A DNA stretch of 62,085 nt, the filler included, from Sanchytrium tribonematis (lineage: Eukaryota), in the NCBI GenBank assembly GCA_018985235.1. It is 8 parts of 8 records of this genome, joined end to end, with 100 filler letters (N's around TTAATTAATTAA, not from the genome) between each part and the next. Parts side by side here need not be neighbours in the genome. Positions count along the whole stretch, not along the records: positions 1 to 26,141 come from JADGIG010000062.1; 7 more parts are not named here. One strand, written 5' to 3'. The number at the start of each line of letters is the position of its first letter. Position 1 is the first letter of the stretch. The notes under the pieces are model-generated. The model was not told the origin of the DNA. It made no database searches and was given only the letters and a program-made list of their open reading frames with translations. Position numbers and translations under genes: made by a program. Of the stretch, positions 8,895 to 20,549 are shown in pieces.

Positions 8895-11139
8895 CTAATT
8901 ACTTTCATCGTTTTCTTTACGTACCTGGTCGAATGCTGTTGGGGACCACTGCTTCCAAGGATCCGATTTTGGACTAAATGGTGCAAAACCCTGTGTTCTG
9001 GGAGAAACAATGGATTCGAAATTAGGCGATGCGGATGGAAATATATTAAGAGGGCTTGCTGGTTGTTGCATTGCTGAAATTGCTGCAACATGCGCAGCTG
9101 CATAAGCATGTTGAATGTACCGGTGACCTGGTGCTTGTGAAGCATTTAAATTATTCATAACTTGTTGTACACGCTCTTGTAAAACACGATTTTCTTCTGG
9201 GTCGGCAATGGAATTAAGAACGCGTTGCACGAATGGTGCCCCGTACATTTGGTCGGATAATATGTCCTCCAAAATAAGGTATTCTTGAACATTCATACTT
9301 CCAGGAGTTACTGTAGTTGCAAAGAATAACTCTTTAAGAACCATCTGCCGAGCATCAGGGTCCTGAGACTGTTGAACTATTTTGAAAACAATCTGAGATG
9401 CCAATTTGTGCGTGCAAAGTTGGACCAAATGAGATACTATTTGAGGAGCGACTACTCTGTATCTTCCAGGCAAATTTGAAGAATCTAGTAGCCAATTAAC
9501 CAGTAAAATTCCATTAGGATTAGTTGAAAGTGTTAATACACTTCTAATTATAGCTAAAGCGACATGCTTCTTCTGTTTCATTTCTGCGTATTGTGAGTCG
9601 AGACAAGCTCTCATAGCTCTTGCTCCAAATCGACTTTGTCCAAGATCCAAGCATCTAGTATGCATTGCGTCATAAACAAATTGATTTTTAGAAGCACCTA
9701 ATCTTAAACAACATTGAACAACATAATTTCCAAACTAAATGAAATATAATTACTTGATCAATCATAAGCGGCGGAGTATACGCTTTAACTGCATTGCATA
9801 AAGCATCCATCTGCTCTGGAGTATCTGCTATATCTATTAGCTTTTGAACCACCCAGGTACCATGTTTGTGTGCACCCAATGTGGCAAAGTATGGTGCTAA
9901 AGATTTGATAATACGGAGTCTCTTTTCATTTGATCCCTTCAAAGCCAATTTTTGAACTATTGTGTTGCCAATATAATCAGCAGATAAAACTAAGACATCA
10001 TCTATTAATTCTTTATAAATAAATTCGTAATCCCTTTGCGTGTGATTACTGTCAAGTTTTCTCCTATACTCGCGAAGTTTGCTTTGATCTAGTTTTTTGA
10101 ATTCTGGAAGAGAAGGTAAAACGTCTTTGAATTCATCTTGCTGGCCTCTGAAATCTCCGAATCCAGATGGCGCCACCAATGGGGAAACTATGCTCTGATC
10201 TGTTCCCAAATCTTTTGGAATGTTTGGTTGGATTCTATTTTGGTAAAATGTCAAAGGCGTCATAACCCGAGGTGAAAAACTTGCACTTTGCGAAGAGTAC
10301 GAATTAGGCGACATAGGCTGAATTGTTGTGTTCAATTTCAAAGCACCTCGAATTGGAGATGAGACAATTGGCTCAGCTGATTTTGGAGACTTCGCGAAGC
10401 CGATTTTAAGGGTAACACCAAAAACTTCAGTGTTGTTCAATGATTTTTTAGCAATCAATGCGTCTTCCTCTTTTACAAAATTTACGAAACCACAATTTTT
10501 GTTTGTCAAAACACGACAGCTTTCAACATTTCCATACGGTGAGAATACAGTGTGAAGCATTCCAACGGAAACAGTCGCTGGTAAATTTCCGACATATAAT
10601 GACCTGCTTGAAACTACTGAATGATCGCTCTCGATTGCTTTCCCATAAGAAACACTGACTTTAATGGTATTTCCATCACTTAAATTAATGGATCCATTTT
10701 TGTCCAATTGGTCTTTTGCTGTAACAGCGTCTTGCGAGTTAACAAATGCAATTTGCATCAAGCTTTCTTTCTTGCGGTATGTCTCCAACTTATAGTTTCC
10801 AAATGCTCCAAGAACGACGGGACTTAATTCAGACTTGTCCATTGCTTCAATTATTAAAAACCGGGAAGCTTTTTCATTTGCTTCTAAATCTCCAAAACCC
10901 AACGTTTTTGTTGGAGTAACGGGTTCTTCGGTATCTATGTTTAATTTTTTAGTGTCCAAACCGAGTAATGACATAGTTGTTTGTGCGTGCATATAATCAT
11001 CCATTAATTTGTCTTTGAATGAACCTTCAACTGCTGACATGGGACCAGTGTGTGGGCGATGCGTCTTTTTTATGTCGTTATCATCTCTTGTTGTCTTTAA
11101 CGCAGCAGCGAAAGATTTTTGAGTATTTTGGGAAGACAT
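8895..11139 (-). CDS. RRM + Pumilio-repeat protein (Jsn1/Puf2-like); 2 exons (intron 9735-9753)
   Basis: RRM (SRSLYVGNL, KNCGFVNF) and PUF repeats (DYIGNTIVQK, HKHGTWVVQK); splicing gives DQ|FGNYVVQCCL, merging two ORFs. Confidence 0.92.
9735..9753 (-). other. 19-nt spliceosomal intron GTAATTATATTTCATTTAG
   Basis: Removal restores the PUF motif DQFGNYVVQ. Confidence 0.93.
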
Positions 11140-11403
11140 AAGATGGCTCTCCAGTACGCGTTTACAATAAAAGTGGATTTATTAACTTTGTGATTGGCCA
11201 TTTTATCATTTTTTATTGGAATATATAAAGGCAATGAATCAACAGCTTGCAAGCAATATTGCTTCCCTTACATTGGTGAGTTTTTGTCTTTCCAAATTGA
11301 AGTTGAAGTAAACATTAGCCATTGTCATGTTTCATTTTTGTTAGAAAAATTATTCATTGGTTACTAAGCCTTTCTTTAATCCTTACACTATAGCAAAAAT
11401 AGT

Positions 11404-11892
11404 TTATTTTTTTAAAGCAGATATGACAGTGGATAAGTCAACACCGTGAATAGTCTGTAAATTTTCATATTTAGATATTTTTAAAGCTCTTCGTTCTTCA
11501 CTTGTTTCTAACTTTCTTTTACTCTTAAAGGTGGACACTCTTTTTGACTTCATTTTTCTTACATTATACTGTTTAAACAAGCCATCATGGATTTCATCGT
11601 CAGTTAAAATTTGACATTTAAGAACACGATCTCCCAGAATATAATTGTTCATAGTTTCCGCAGCAATTTCAGCAACTTTGTCTTCTTCAAAGCAAATCCA
11701 GCCATAGTGTCTAGACTTTAAAGTCTGTGGATTTCTAGCCACTTTAACTTTTAAAACTTTACCAAACTGACTGAAATAACTTTTAAGAGCTGAGTCTTCA
11801 AATCCTTTGGGAAGGTGTGAAATAAACATTACAGCATGTTTTTTTTGAGCAGCGAAAGGATTGTCATTTAAAGTGTCAATCGCAACAGTCAT
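11404..11892 (-). CDS. NOP15: Nucleolar RRM protein Nop15/NIFK-like
   Basis: FISHLPKGF, YFSQFG, SRHYGWICF, AEIAAETMNNYIL. Confidence 0.88.
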   Translation of the reverse strand: MTVAIDTLNDNPFAAQKKHAVMFISHLPKGFEDSALKSYFSQFGKVLKVKVARNPQTLKSRHYGWICFEEDKVAEIAAETMNNYILGDRVLKCQILTDDEIHDGLFKQYNVRKMKSKRVSTFKSKRKLETSEERRALKISKYENLQTIHGVDLSTVISALKK

Positions 11893-12040
11893 TCCTTGTT
11901 AGATCCTTTAAATTGAAAGTTCCGAAAATAAATTTTACAGTCATTATTATCCAAGGTATTATCGTTCATAAAAAATCTATTAGTCCTGATACGTTCAACT
12001 AATTCAAATGTGTAAATTTGAGGAAAATCCGTGAAACTTC

Positions 12041-12535
12041 ATGACCACACTTTCTTCTCCATTTGCCCGCGCCAAAAAGGACAGCGTAATGAATGCCGTT
12101 CTAAATCCAAATCTAGAAAATTTCTTTACAGTCAGTTTCTTTGGGGCCGCAGTTGGCACTGGAATTGGCGTCTTTAAGCAATTAAATAATCCTGGACTTA
12201 CAAATTTTCCTGGAAAAATGATAACACGATATACATTAAAATATGGAGGGTTTGGCGCTGCAATTATGGGTGCACAAATGCTAACTTCTAATATAACGGA
12301 CAATGCTCATGTTATATTTGGTGCTGGGCTTTTTGCTGCTGGTCTTTTTCTGGGTGTGAGAAAAGGACAATTAGCAAATGGAATTGCTTATGGTGTGTCG
12401 TTTGGATTTAGCGGCTTGACATGCAGCTACTTCATGACAGAAGAGTGGTTGGATGGTAGATACCAAAAAACTGCTTTTCTTGGCGATTTGCAAAAGCATC
12501 AACAAGTTAGAGAACATTACTCTAATAAAATATAA
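12041..12535 (+). CDS. Tim17/22/23-family membrane protein (NDUFA11-like)
   Basis: Four Gly-rich TM segments with GxxxG patterns. Confidence 0.55.
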   Translation: MTTLSSPFARAKKDSVMNAVLNPNLENFFTVSFFGAAVGTGIGVFKQLNNPGLTNFPGKMITRYTLKYGGFGAAIMGAQMLTSNITDNAHVIFGAGLFAAGLFLGVRKGQLANGIAYGVSFGFSGLTCSYFMTEEWLDGRYQKTAFLGDLQKHQQVREHYSNKI

Positions 12536-12550
12536 ATTGAAAATAAACAT

Positions 12551-12733
12551 TTATTGTGATCTGCTTTTATATATAAAGTCAATTAAACAGTCCATTTCAT
12601 TTACTTCTTGCTGTGCAAAATGTTGCTTAACAGAAATTAGTAAATTTATCCGACTTGGCTTTTCTGGTAAAGGTAAATTAAATACAGTCATATATTGCAA
12701 TAGTTCAGGTGTTGATAACCTAGAAAAGTCCAT
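12551..12733 (-). CDS. SAP30 Sin3-binding-domain small protein
   Basis: DFSRL..L..Y...FNL, VKQHF..QEVNEMDCLIDFIY. Confidence 0.8.
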   Translation of the reverse strand: MDFSRLSTPELLQYMTVFNLPLPEKPSRINLLISVKQHFAQQEVNEMDCLIDFIYKSRSQ

Positions 12734-12765
12734 GAACGATCTGGAGTGTTTCAAAAGGACAAGAT

Positions 12766-14496
12766 TTATTGTTTGTTATCCCGCAAATAAACAGCCTGCT
12801 CTTGCTGAAGAAACTCAATGGCTTTCAAAGAATCGTGGGAAGAACAAAATAATTCTTGTGGTAGCTTGGGAAATTCAAATTTTGATGGAAAGAATCTAAA
12901 TTCCAAAAAATGTTCCACCTCGCTTATGAAATAAGAAAAAGAATTTCGAGTACGCTCAAAAAATAGCTGATCAAAACCGGGTCCATTATTAATTGTCAAA
13001 TATTGGATGGTTTTTAAGAAAGGAGTCTGTGTATTAGAATGTGGTTGTTTACGACTTAAAAGTTCAGACCTAATCTTTTCGACAATAATATTTTCCACAA
13101 AGTCAAATTTTGACCCCAAGACTACGGGACTCAGAGTCAAAGCACTGTATGTAATTTCTTTTGCAGAATTGAGGTCAAAAAGTTTTTCAGAGCAAACACC
13201 ATTTTTCAATAAAATTATGTTTATGCTAAACTTTATTCCGCATGGGTCAATTAATTCAATTAAATCTTCTTTCTTTTTGTCACTTAAAGATAATTTCTTG
13301 GGTGTTTGCTTCATTTTGGATGAATCTAAAATCGGCTTAATTGCTTTTAGCTCTTCAAATGAAAGAGTGGATGGACTTCCGATAAAGTCCATTTCTTTGA
13401 ATAGAATGTTTAACAGCTCCTCGTTTCTTGGACTTCTGAATAATTCTTTTTGGAAATACACCCATGGATGAGCCATCAATTCACAGACATAAATTTCAAA
13501 TTTTACAGCCTCGCTTGGTATGAATATATAATCCGATGACTCTAATATAAAAGAATTCTGTTCCTTGTCATGATTGAAAAATACAATTTTAAATTTCATT
13601 TTTGTTAAAAATTTAAAGTCAACTGTCATGACAATATCCACAGGCGAGCTAGCCCATGAGATTCCAAACTCGCAAATTTTCCCTTGACAAACAGGCATGT
13701 AAAATCCATTAATCTTTAGGCATTCACACAAATCTTTGTCATAGACTTGGTTATTAGTAATAAATTTGCAGTTGGAAGAAGATCTCACAATATAAGAAGC
13801 GCTTCTGTGAATTCCTCTCCTTAGGTCTTCAATTTGATTAGCATGATTGAAAAGCTCTACATCTTTGTTTAAAAGCAATAAATTACCTCGTGTCTCCACA
13901 TTTTCAACATCGACAATGGAGCACTGACAACATTCAACCAAATAGTCTTCCCGCTCTATGAAGATTAGAGAGTGAGGGGGTATTTCTATATGAACATAAC
14001 TTTGTCTTTCAAATGGAATAAAAGTCTCACTATTTTCTTGAAAATAATTAACGCCGGAAAATTGTGTGCGATAAAAGTAGAGAAAACCGGGACACTCAAG
14101 AGTCTGAAGAAACTCACCTCTACAGTCACAAATTGTATCATCAGCGCCAGTTAAAAATTCTCCAAGAATAATATTTCTTAATTCATTGTTTTCTTCCAAT
14201 TGGTAATGATAAATAATTTTGTTAATTAGCAAGTATGGAAAATCATCCAAATCACAAACAGGCTTACCATCACTTAACGCAAAGTTTTGACTTATTTCAA
14301 CAAGAATGCGAGTGTCCATAAAAATTTCACTAGGATTCAAGAATTTGACAATTTCTTCCTTTTTGAATATCTCTTTTAATTTATCAAAGTTGAATAAACT
14401 ATGATTGTAGATGCCATTTTCAGCAAATTGCAAACTATCTAGAGGCTCCCATGTAATATTATCAATATTTGGGTCATTTATAAAATATTGTTGCAT
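12766..14496 (-). CDS. Hypothetical protein (576 aa)
   Basis: Long ORF ending in AATAAA-embedded stop; no family recognised. Confidence 0.7.
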   Translation of the reverse strand: MQQYFINDPNIDNITWEPLDSLQFAENGIYNHSLFNFDKLKEIFKKEEIVKFLNPSEIFMDTRILVEISQNFALSDGKPVCDLDDFPYLLINKIIYHYQLEENNELRNIILGEFLTGADDTICDCRGEFLQTLECPGFLYFYRTQFSGVNYFQENSETFIPFERQSYVHIEIPPHSLIFIEREDYLVECCQCSIVDVENVETRGNLLLLNKDVELFNHANQIEDLRRGIHRSASYIVRSSSNCKFITNNQVYDKDLCECLKINGFYMPVCQGKICEFGISWASSPVDIVMTVDFKFLTKMKFKIVFFNHDKEQNSFILESSDYIFIPSEAVKFEIYVCELMAHPWVYFQKELFRSPRNEELLNILFKEMDFIGSPSTLSFEELKAIKPILDSSKMKQTPKKLSLSDKKKEDLIELIDPCGIKFSINIILLKNGVCSEKLFDLNSAKEITYSALTLSPVVLGSKFDFVENIIVEKIRSELLSRKQPHSNTQTPFLKTIQYLTINNGPGFDQLFFERTRNSFSYFISEVEHFLEFRFFPSKFEFPKLPQELFCSSHDSLKAIEFLQQEQAVYLRDNKQ

Positions 14497-14672
14497 TACT
14501 TCTGGCCTTGAAACGTTAACAGTTTTTGCACAATTTCAGTTAGAAATCAAACATTGGATTGTTATGCGATCCACTGGTTTCGCTCCCAAAATAATTACGG
14601 TTTCTTTACTTGAATGTTGTAATTTATGGAGAATTTCGATGAAACATTTATATTTTTCGCAGATTAATTTTA

Positions 14673-15209
14673 ATGGGTAGAAGTCGCAATGTAATAGATC
14701 TCACTAGTCCTGGTGCACTGAATCGATTAAGGCCTAGAAATAATTCTAGTTCAATAAGTCGCCATAGGCCAAATACCAACAATGTTATACAACTAATATC
14801 TAATAGAAGCCCTAGAGAAATCAATCGTTTGAGACAGCAAAGAGTGCTCAGAAACAATTTTCTTTTTTACAGGTCAGGCGCAGGCTTAGATCAGGATACC
14901 ATAAATCAACTTCCCACAAGGCTCGCTGGTTCACATGATAATATTGTTGATTTAACAGAAAGTGGACTTAATGCACAAAGAGATGTGATTGATTTGACAG
15001 ATGAGAAATGGGAATGGAAATTGACAATTGCAAAGCATAAAAATAATGATAACGTTCTCGAGGAGACCTGTTCCATTTGTTTAGAACACTACAAGCGAAA
15101 TGAAAAATGTATTGAATTGAAATGTAACCATGTATTCCATAGGGCTTGTGTTAGCCACTGGCTTCAACAAAATAACTCATGCCCGTTATGCAGATGCAAA
15201 GCGGGTTGA
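14673..15209 (+). CDS. RING-H2 E3 ligase with SUMO-interacting motifs (STUbL-like)
   Basis: CSICLE..LKCNHVFHRACVSHWL..SCPLCR; VIDLT, IVDLT, VIDLT. Confidence 0.85.
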   Translation: MGRSRNVIDLTSPGALNRLRPRNNSSSISRHRPNTNNVIQLISNRSPREINRLRQQRVLRNNFLFYRSGAGLDQDTINQLPTRLAGSHDNIVDLTESGLNAQRDVIDLTDEKWEWKLTIAKHKNNDNVLEETCSICLEHYKRNEKCIELKCNHVFHRACVSHWLQQNNSCPLCRCKAG

Positions 15210-15228
15210 AGCAATAAAGTACTGAAAC

Positions 15229-16026
15229 ATGGACAAACTTATTTATATTCCAACTTTTGCATTTGGCATATTAGCCACCAAGTCAATTCTAATAACAGCC
15301 GCACAGAATTTCCTGATATATCCTCGAATGTTCAAAAATTATGTTCCAGCAAAGCAAAACATAAGCGATTTTGTCATGAAAATTAATGAAAATTATCTTC
15401 ATTTTTACAAACTGGATAATAAAACCACCAAAAAGCTTATAATTTATTTTCATGGGAATGATGGGTATTTGCCAATGTATTCAAATGTGCTAGCGCAACT
15501 TAATATTGTTGCAAATGTAGTATCATTTGACTATAGAGGTTACGGAATATCCAAGGGTAAGCCATCTCAATATAATTTGATTCAAGACGGAAAGTCAATC
15601 ATAAGATACTTTTCTAGTTTTTATGATGAAATTTATGTTGTGGGTCACTCACTGGGCGGTTCTGTGGCAGTTCACTCAGTCGATGACAAAATTGTGAAAG
15701 GCTTGGTTTTAGAAAACACTTTTACTTCCATCAAAGACGTAGTATGTGAACTTTATCCAAAATACACAATATACCCATGGCTGGCTAATACGGCGCTTTT
15801 AAGAAGTCCCTGGAACTCAGAAAAGCAAATTTGCCAATTAAAGTTGCCAATTTTATTCGTTTCCGGTAAAAATGATGAAATAATTAGCCCTAAGCTCATG
15901 AAAAAATTATCTAAAGCTTACCAAGGTCAAAAAAAATTTGTGGAATTAGATGGCATGCATAACAACACTTGGAAGGACCCAAATTATCTAGTGGCCATTA
16001 AAAATTTTATTGAATCGCATATATAA
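15229..16026 (+). CDS. Alpha/beta hydrolase, ABHD13/Bem46-like
   Basis: YFHGN, DYRGYG, GHSLGG, LENTFTSI, HNNTW. Confidence 0.9.
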   Translation: MDKLIYIPTFAFGILATKSILITAAQNFLIYPRMFKNYVPAKQNISDFVMKINENYLHFYKLDNKTTKKLIIYFHGNDGYLPMYSNVLAQLNIVANVVSFDYRGYGISKGKPSQYNLIQDGKSIIRYFSSFYDEIYVVGHSLGGSVAVHSVDDKIVKGLVLENTFTSIKDVVCELYPKYTIYPWLANTALLRSPWNSEKQICQLKLPILFVSGKNDEIISPKLMKKLSKAYQGQKKFVELDGMHNNTWKDPNYLVAIKNFIESHI

Positions 16027-17122
16027 TTCCAGTCAGTGAAGCTATCATGGTAAATGGAGCCACAGCATAGCAAATTGCAACTAAAGTAGCCATTTCTGTC
16101 GGGTTTCCATTGGGGTGAAATATTTGTGAGAATATTAAATTCATTTGCGCTACGGGTAAGCACATTGGCAGTGCTAAAACAAATTGCATCATCTTATTAC
16201 TATCAGATACTAATCCAATATAAACAAGAGCTTTGGAATATGCAACGCCTATAAATGGACAAAAAATCATTCTGAAAAAAACCACTGCAAAAATAGGAAC
16301 AAAAATTTTTCTTGGTAGCCTGGAATCTACACCAAAGCCAAAAATACGTTTTAATGCACTAAAATCTGCGTATAGCAAATTAGCTCCAAATAAAGTAATA
16401 CCCACCGGAATGGATGCACCACCGATTGTTGAAATGGTAATAAATAAAAAATGAAGATACCCACCTTCTAAGGTAAATTGATTTTTTAATGGTGTAATCA
16501 CAGCAACAATAACGCCCAAAACAATTGCTATAATATTTGGATTTCTAAGAATTAATTTTACCATAGGATTGTCCCACATACGTTTTGTTTCGACCTCTGG
16601 CTCTTCGTTCAGTTCTTTATAGTCAGACTTGATCCAATGAATTCCAAGAGTAAAGATAAAAGGGCTGGAGATTAAAAAGAATGCAGTAAAAAGAGCCAAA
16701 CCATAGTTTGCATCCCCATCTTTAAATGGCTCGGAATTCCCTATAGCGAGAATGATTGCAAACGGAGAGTCTGCCCAGTTTCCGAATGCGGTGGAATTTA
16801 TCACACCCTTTTTAAAATAAGGCGTTTGATATTTTCTGGTTGTTAAATAAATGAGCACACCGCATAAAATGTAATAACACTGAAATATAAAAGCCGTGCA
16901 TAACACCAGCCCATACTCTGTAATATTATTAGTAGATATTGAAACAATTATCTTTGAAAACATTAGGCAAGGCAAAAAATAATTGATATCAATTCTGCTT
17001 AAGTCACTCATATTCTGCTCATTATATAATTTTTTCCATTTTAAATACATGCCTAAGAGAACCATTATCAACAAGTTTATGACCGGTTGAAATGCTGACC
17101 AAATTATCGTTGCTAAATTCAT
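16007..17122 (-). CDS. Auxin-efflux-carrier (PILS/Ecm3) family membrane transporter
   Basis: FLPCLMFSKI, FGNWADSP, GGASIPVGITLFGANL, RMIFCP. Confidence 0.85.
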   Translation of the reverse strand: MNLATIIWSAFQPVINLLIMVLLGMYLKWKKLYNEQNMSDLSRIDINYFLPCLMFSKIIVSISTNNITEYGLVLCTAFIFQCYYILCGVLIYLTTRKYQTPYFKKGVINSTAFGNWADSPFAIILAIGNSEPFKDGDANYGLALFTAFFLISSPFIFTLGIHWIKSDYKELNEEPEVETKRMWDNPMVKLILRNPNIIAIVLGVIVAVITPLKNQFTLEGGYLHFLFITISTIGGASIPVGITLFGANLLYADFSALKRIFGFGVDSRLPRKIFVPIFAVVFFRMIFCPFIGVAYSKALVYIGLVSDSNKMMQFVLALPMCLPVAQMNLIFSQIFHPNGNPTEMATLVAICYAVAPFTMIASLTGIIYAIQ

Positions 17123-17324
17123 ATTATTTTCAGCGACAGTTTTGTTTTATCCATACAATTTATTCCATTGTGTTCTGGAATAAATTAGCTAGGGGTTCGG
17201 TATTTTATTCTACATAAAAGCATATTAAACGGAATTCTGCGTTATTACAAACAATAAATCATGACGAAAGAGTGCTCTCAAAGTTTCAAAATCACAAGAT
17301 TTTTCCAACACTCCTCAGATTTAA

Positions 17325-18486
17325 ATGGACATTCCAATTAATAGTGGGTCAATATTCAACGGAAATTCTATTTTGTTAGGCGGTGGTGGTGGGTCTAGTA
17401 AAAGTGGCATTAAGAATAAGCTCATCATGCTGGATGAAAAAGTTGTAGTCAGAAAGGAACTAATTCTCGAAGATGAACATGATTCAATTATGAGTGTACA
17501 TTCTGTGGATGACTATATTGTATTCTGTGCTAATGATTCCAAGACAAATATTAAAGAAAATATCAATAACGATTTGCGGGTTTATAAATTTATTAACGGC
17601 GAATTTGAACAGCAATGGAAAGGTCAAGCAATTTTCAAACCACCATCAGAGTACGTTAGAGTCGTCAGAATATCCCCCAAAAAGGACTATATACTTTGCG
17701 GGACCACCGAAAAAACGATAGTTGCAACAAAATTGGATCGCTATTCTATTTTGAAAGGTGAATTGCCAGATGAAGTATATGACATCGATTTTATTGATGA
17801 CACAATTGCGATTTTAACAATGCCTTCTCAAATTTCAATTATAGACATTAAGCCAGAAAAAATTGAGAATTTGTTTATTTTACCACTTCCAACTTATTCT
17901 GGGAGTAAAGCCTCTCCTAATTATAGATGTGCAAAGACAATTGCTTTTAACAATAAGCAAAAACTACTGATTGCAACAAATTTGGGGAGAGATCAAGGCT
18001 ATCTTTCTTGGTTTGATATTCAAAAAGAAGAAGAAATAACAAAAGAAATTCCAGAAGAAGATAAAGAAAATGCGAGACGTAAAAGTATAGTAAAAGTAAA
18101 ATGGGGATTTAAATTTCTAAAAACAAATTGTGTGTCGAAGCAACCAATAAGGAACATTGCCATAAGGTACTTTAAGTTTATGTAGCACAACACGAGAATT
18201 AATTGCATGTGCTCTTAGTGGTGATATTATCATTCTAAATTTCAATTTTTCAAATCTGTTCAAGTATACACCTCACAAATTTCCAGCTAGTGTTCTTTTA
18301 TTTATAGACAATGACAAAAAGTTGCTTTCATCTGGTGCTGATCAAATTGTGCATGTTGAAGCATTGGAGCAGAGCAAATTTAAATCCTTTAGTGTGGCTT
18401 ACTTAATAATCATAGCATTGATTGTTGGATTACTATCAGTTCTTTACGTTTTTTTCTATCAAGACTTTATGGATCAAGAATTATAA
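17325..18486 (+). CDS. SEC12: SEC12/PREB-like Sar1 GEF; 2 exons (intron 18167-18185)
   Basis: K-loop GGGGGSSKSGIKNKL; exon 2 supplies last WD repeat (HKFP, SSGAD), TM anchor and C-terminal DQEL. Confidence 0.88.
18167..18185 (+). other. 19-nt spliceosomal intron GTACTTTAAGTTTATGTAG
   Basis: Removal opens about 100 codons containing the expected SEC12 TM segment. Confidence 0.9.
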
Positions 18487-18584
18487 TAAATGTTAACTTG
18501 ATTTTTAAATTGCTTCAAATTCCGCATGTTTCGCATTTATCAACGGAATGCGTCAAATGTGCGACGTTTTGCATATTTTGAAAA

Positions 18585-20547
18585 ATGTCTTTATCATACC
18601 AAATATTGAACCCAGTTCAAATAAGCGTACCGTGTATATATCCGCATATTAATTTTAACTACAATTTTAAATTATTCAATGGAGATTTGTTCAAGGTCAA
18701 TTTTGAGCCTTATCCTATGAATATTGAAGAAAGATTTTATCAAGCAACTATAGATTACCGAGGAATTATAGGTGGCGGTCATATGTTTGTAGATAAAGCA
18801 AAAAGTTGTGACACATATCCTGGAATTCTAATGGAATTCAATTGGAATAACACCGAATATAAATTGGAAAAAATTAATTCAAACTTTGTGGTACAAGAAG
18901 TTATTCTAGATACGAGCAATCAAGCTAATGAGCAGCTGACATGTGGATTAGAGGCTGACTTAAGTGCTTTGTCTTTTTCAGATTCAGGGAAGCAGTTTCA
19001 ATTTGTAACACAGCAATCTTCATGTCCTGCCCAAGTAAAATATGCCAGTCTGGGAATTGCAGTGGACTGCTCCGTCTCACAACAATCAAAGAATGATATA
19101 AATGCAATAACGCAAGAAGTTTTGGCTAATCTTGCAAAAACAAATGTTGCTTTTGGTAAATTTTATAATGTTCATTTGGTTCTTAGCGACTTAGACATAC
19201 GGCTTAGCTGTAGTCAAACTTATACATCTCCTACAGATAGCATTAAAGATGGTGAATTCGATAAGTGGAATATTCCTTGTTTTAATAATTATCCAATAAT
19301 GCAAAGAATTAGTGATTTTTCAAAATGGAGAGGAAGTAGGAAAGATAAAATTGATGTATGGCATTTATATAGTACATGTGCTTCAGATTCAAAAGTAGGC
19401 TTAGCTTGGCCAAGTGCTGTTTGCAATACTGGGGCTACAGCTGCAACTGGTAACTACATGTATAGCGGGACTAGTATAAGTACTAGACAGCAATCCAGCT
19501 GGAAAGTTATGGCTCATGAGATTGCCCACAACTTTGGTGCAATCCACGATTGTTTAACGACTTGTGACTCATCCTGTCATACTTGTAGCAGTAACTGTGA
19601 TTGCGCTGGCAAATATCTCATGAATCCAAATCAAAATGTTGCAACCGATGATTTTTCACCCGGTACAATCCAGGATGTTTGCAACACTATACCAAGTTTC
19701 ACATGTTTGAAATCGGATGCTTCCTTAATTTATGAATTTGCTCAAAACAAATGTGGCAATGGTGTTGTAGACCCTGGAGAAGAATGTGATTGTGGAGATC
19801 TGTGTGATTCTGATACATGTTGTACAAATACGTGCAAATTAAAGCCAACTGCTCAATGTAGTGATAAGAATCAGGCTTGTTGCAATCAATGTAAATTTAA
19901 ACCAAAAGACACAATTTGCAGACTTAAAGAAAGTGTTTGTGATTCAGAAGAAAAATGCACTGGAAATAGTGGCAATTGTCCAGCTGATTCTTATGACAAT
20001 GATGGATCGTCATGTACCGATGGCTCATTTTCTGGAAATTGCGCATCAAAATATTGCACTTCTCCAGATAAGCAATGCACTGATGCTAATCCGTTGTCGA
20101 CTGGTGCTTGCACAGGATTTGGAGCCGAATCCAATGATTGTATTTTGACTTGCAACTTAAATGGTGGATGCGCTCAATTCCAATCATTTTTAATTGATGG
20201 CACAATCTGTGGAGGTGGTTTTGGTAACTGTGAGGCTGGATCCTGTCAATATTCAAGTTCTTGTAATCAGCATTTATGTAGGGGATCAATTTCGAGGATT
20301 TGTAAGTATATATAAAGTGTTTTTTATTATAGGGGCTTTGATTGTAGGTATTCCACTGCTGATGTGTGGCTATAAAAGATTCAGAAAAAAGAAAAACAGA
20401 GTACAGACTTCAGACAATAGAAAGACTGGAGATGGAGAGGAATGGGAAGTGTGGGAAACAGAAGAACAAAATCACATTCAGATAGAAGATGACCGGCAGC
20501 CATTGTCTCCTATTAAAAGAACGCCATATAGAGATCCAGACGAGTAA
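18585..20547 (+). CDS. ADAM metalloprotease-disintegrin; 2 exons (intron 20263-20281)
   Basis: HEIAHNFGAIHD zinc motif, Met-turn, CGNGVVDPGEECDCG disintegrin; exon 2 gives TM and cytoplasmic tail. Confidence 0.92.
20263..20281 (+). other. 19-nt spliceosomal intron GTAATCAGCATTTATGTAG
   Basis: Removal joins CQYSSS to WDQFRGF..TM, merging two overlapping ORFs. Confidence 0.88.
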
Positions 20548-20549
20548 AT

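Noticed and set aside
12551..12780. SAP30 domain as a second exon of the 576-aa ORF
   Set aside because: No GT..TAG consensus at the junction; the upstream ORF has its own AATAAA-embedded stop and SAP30 has its own ATG.
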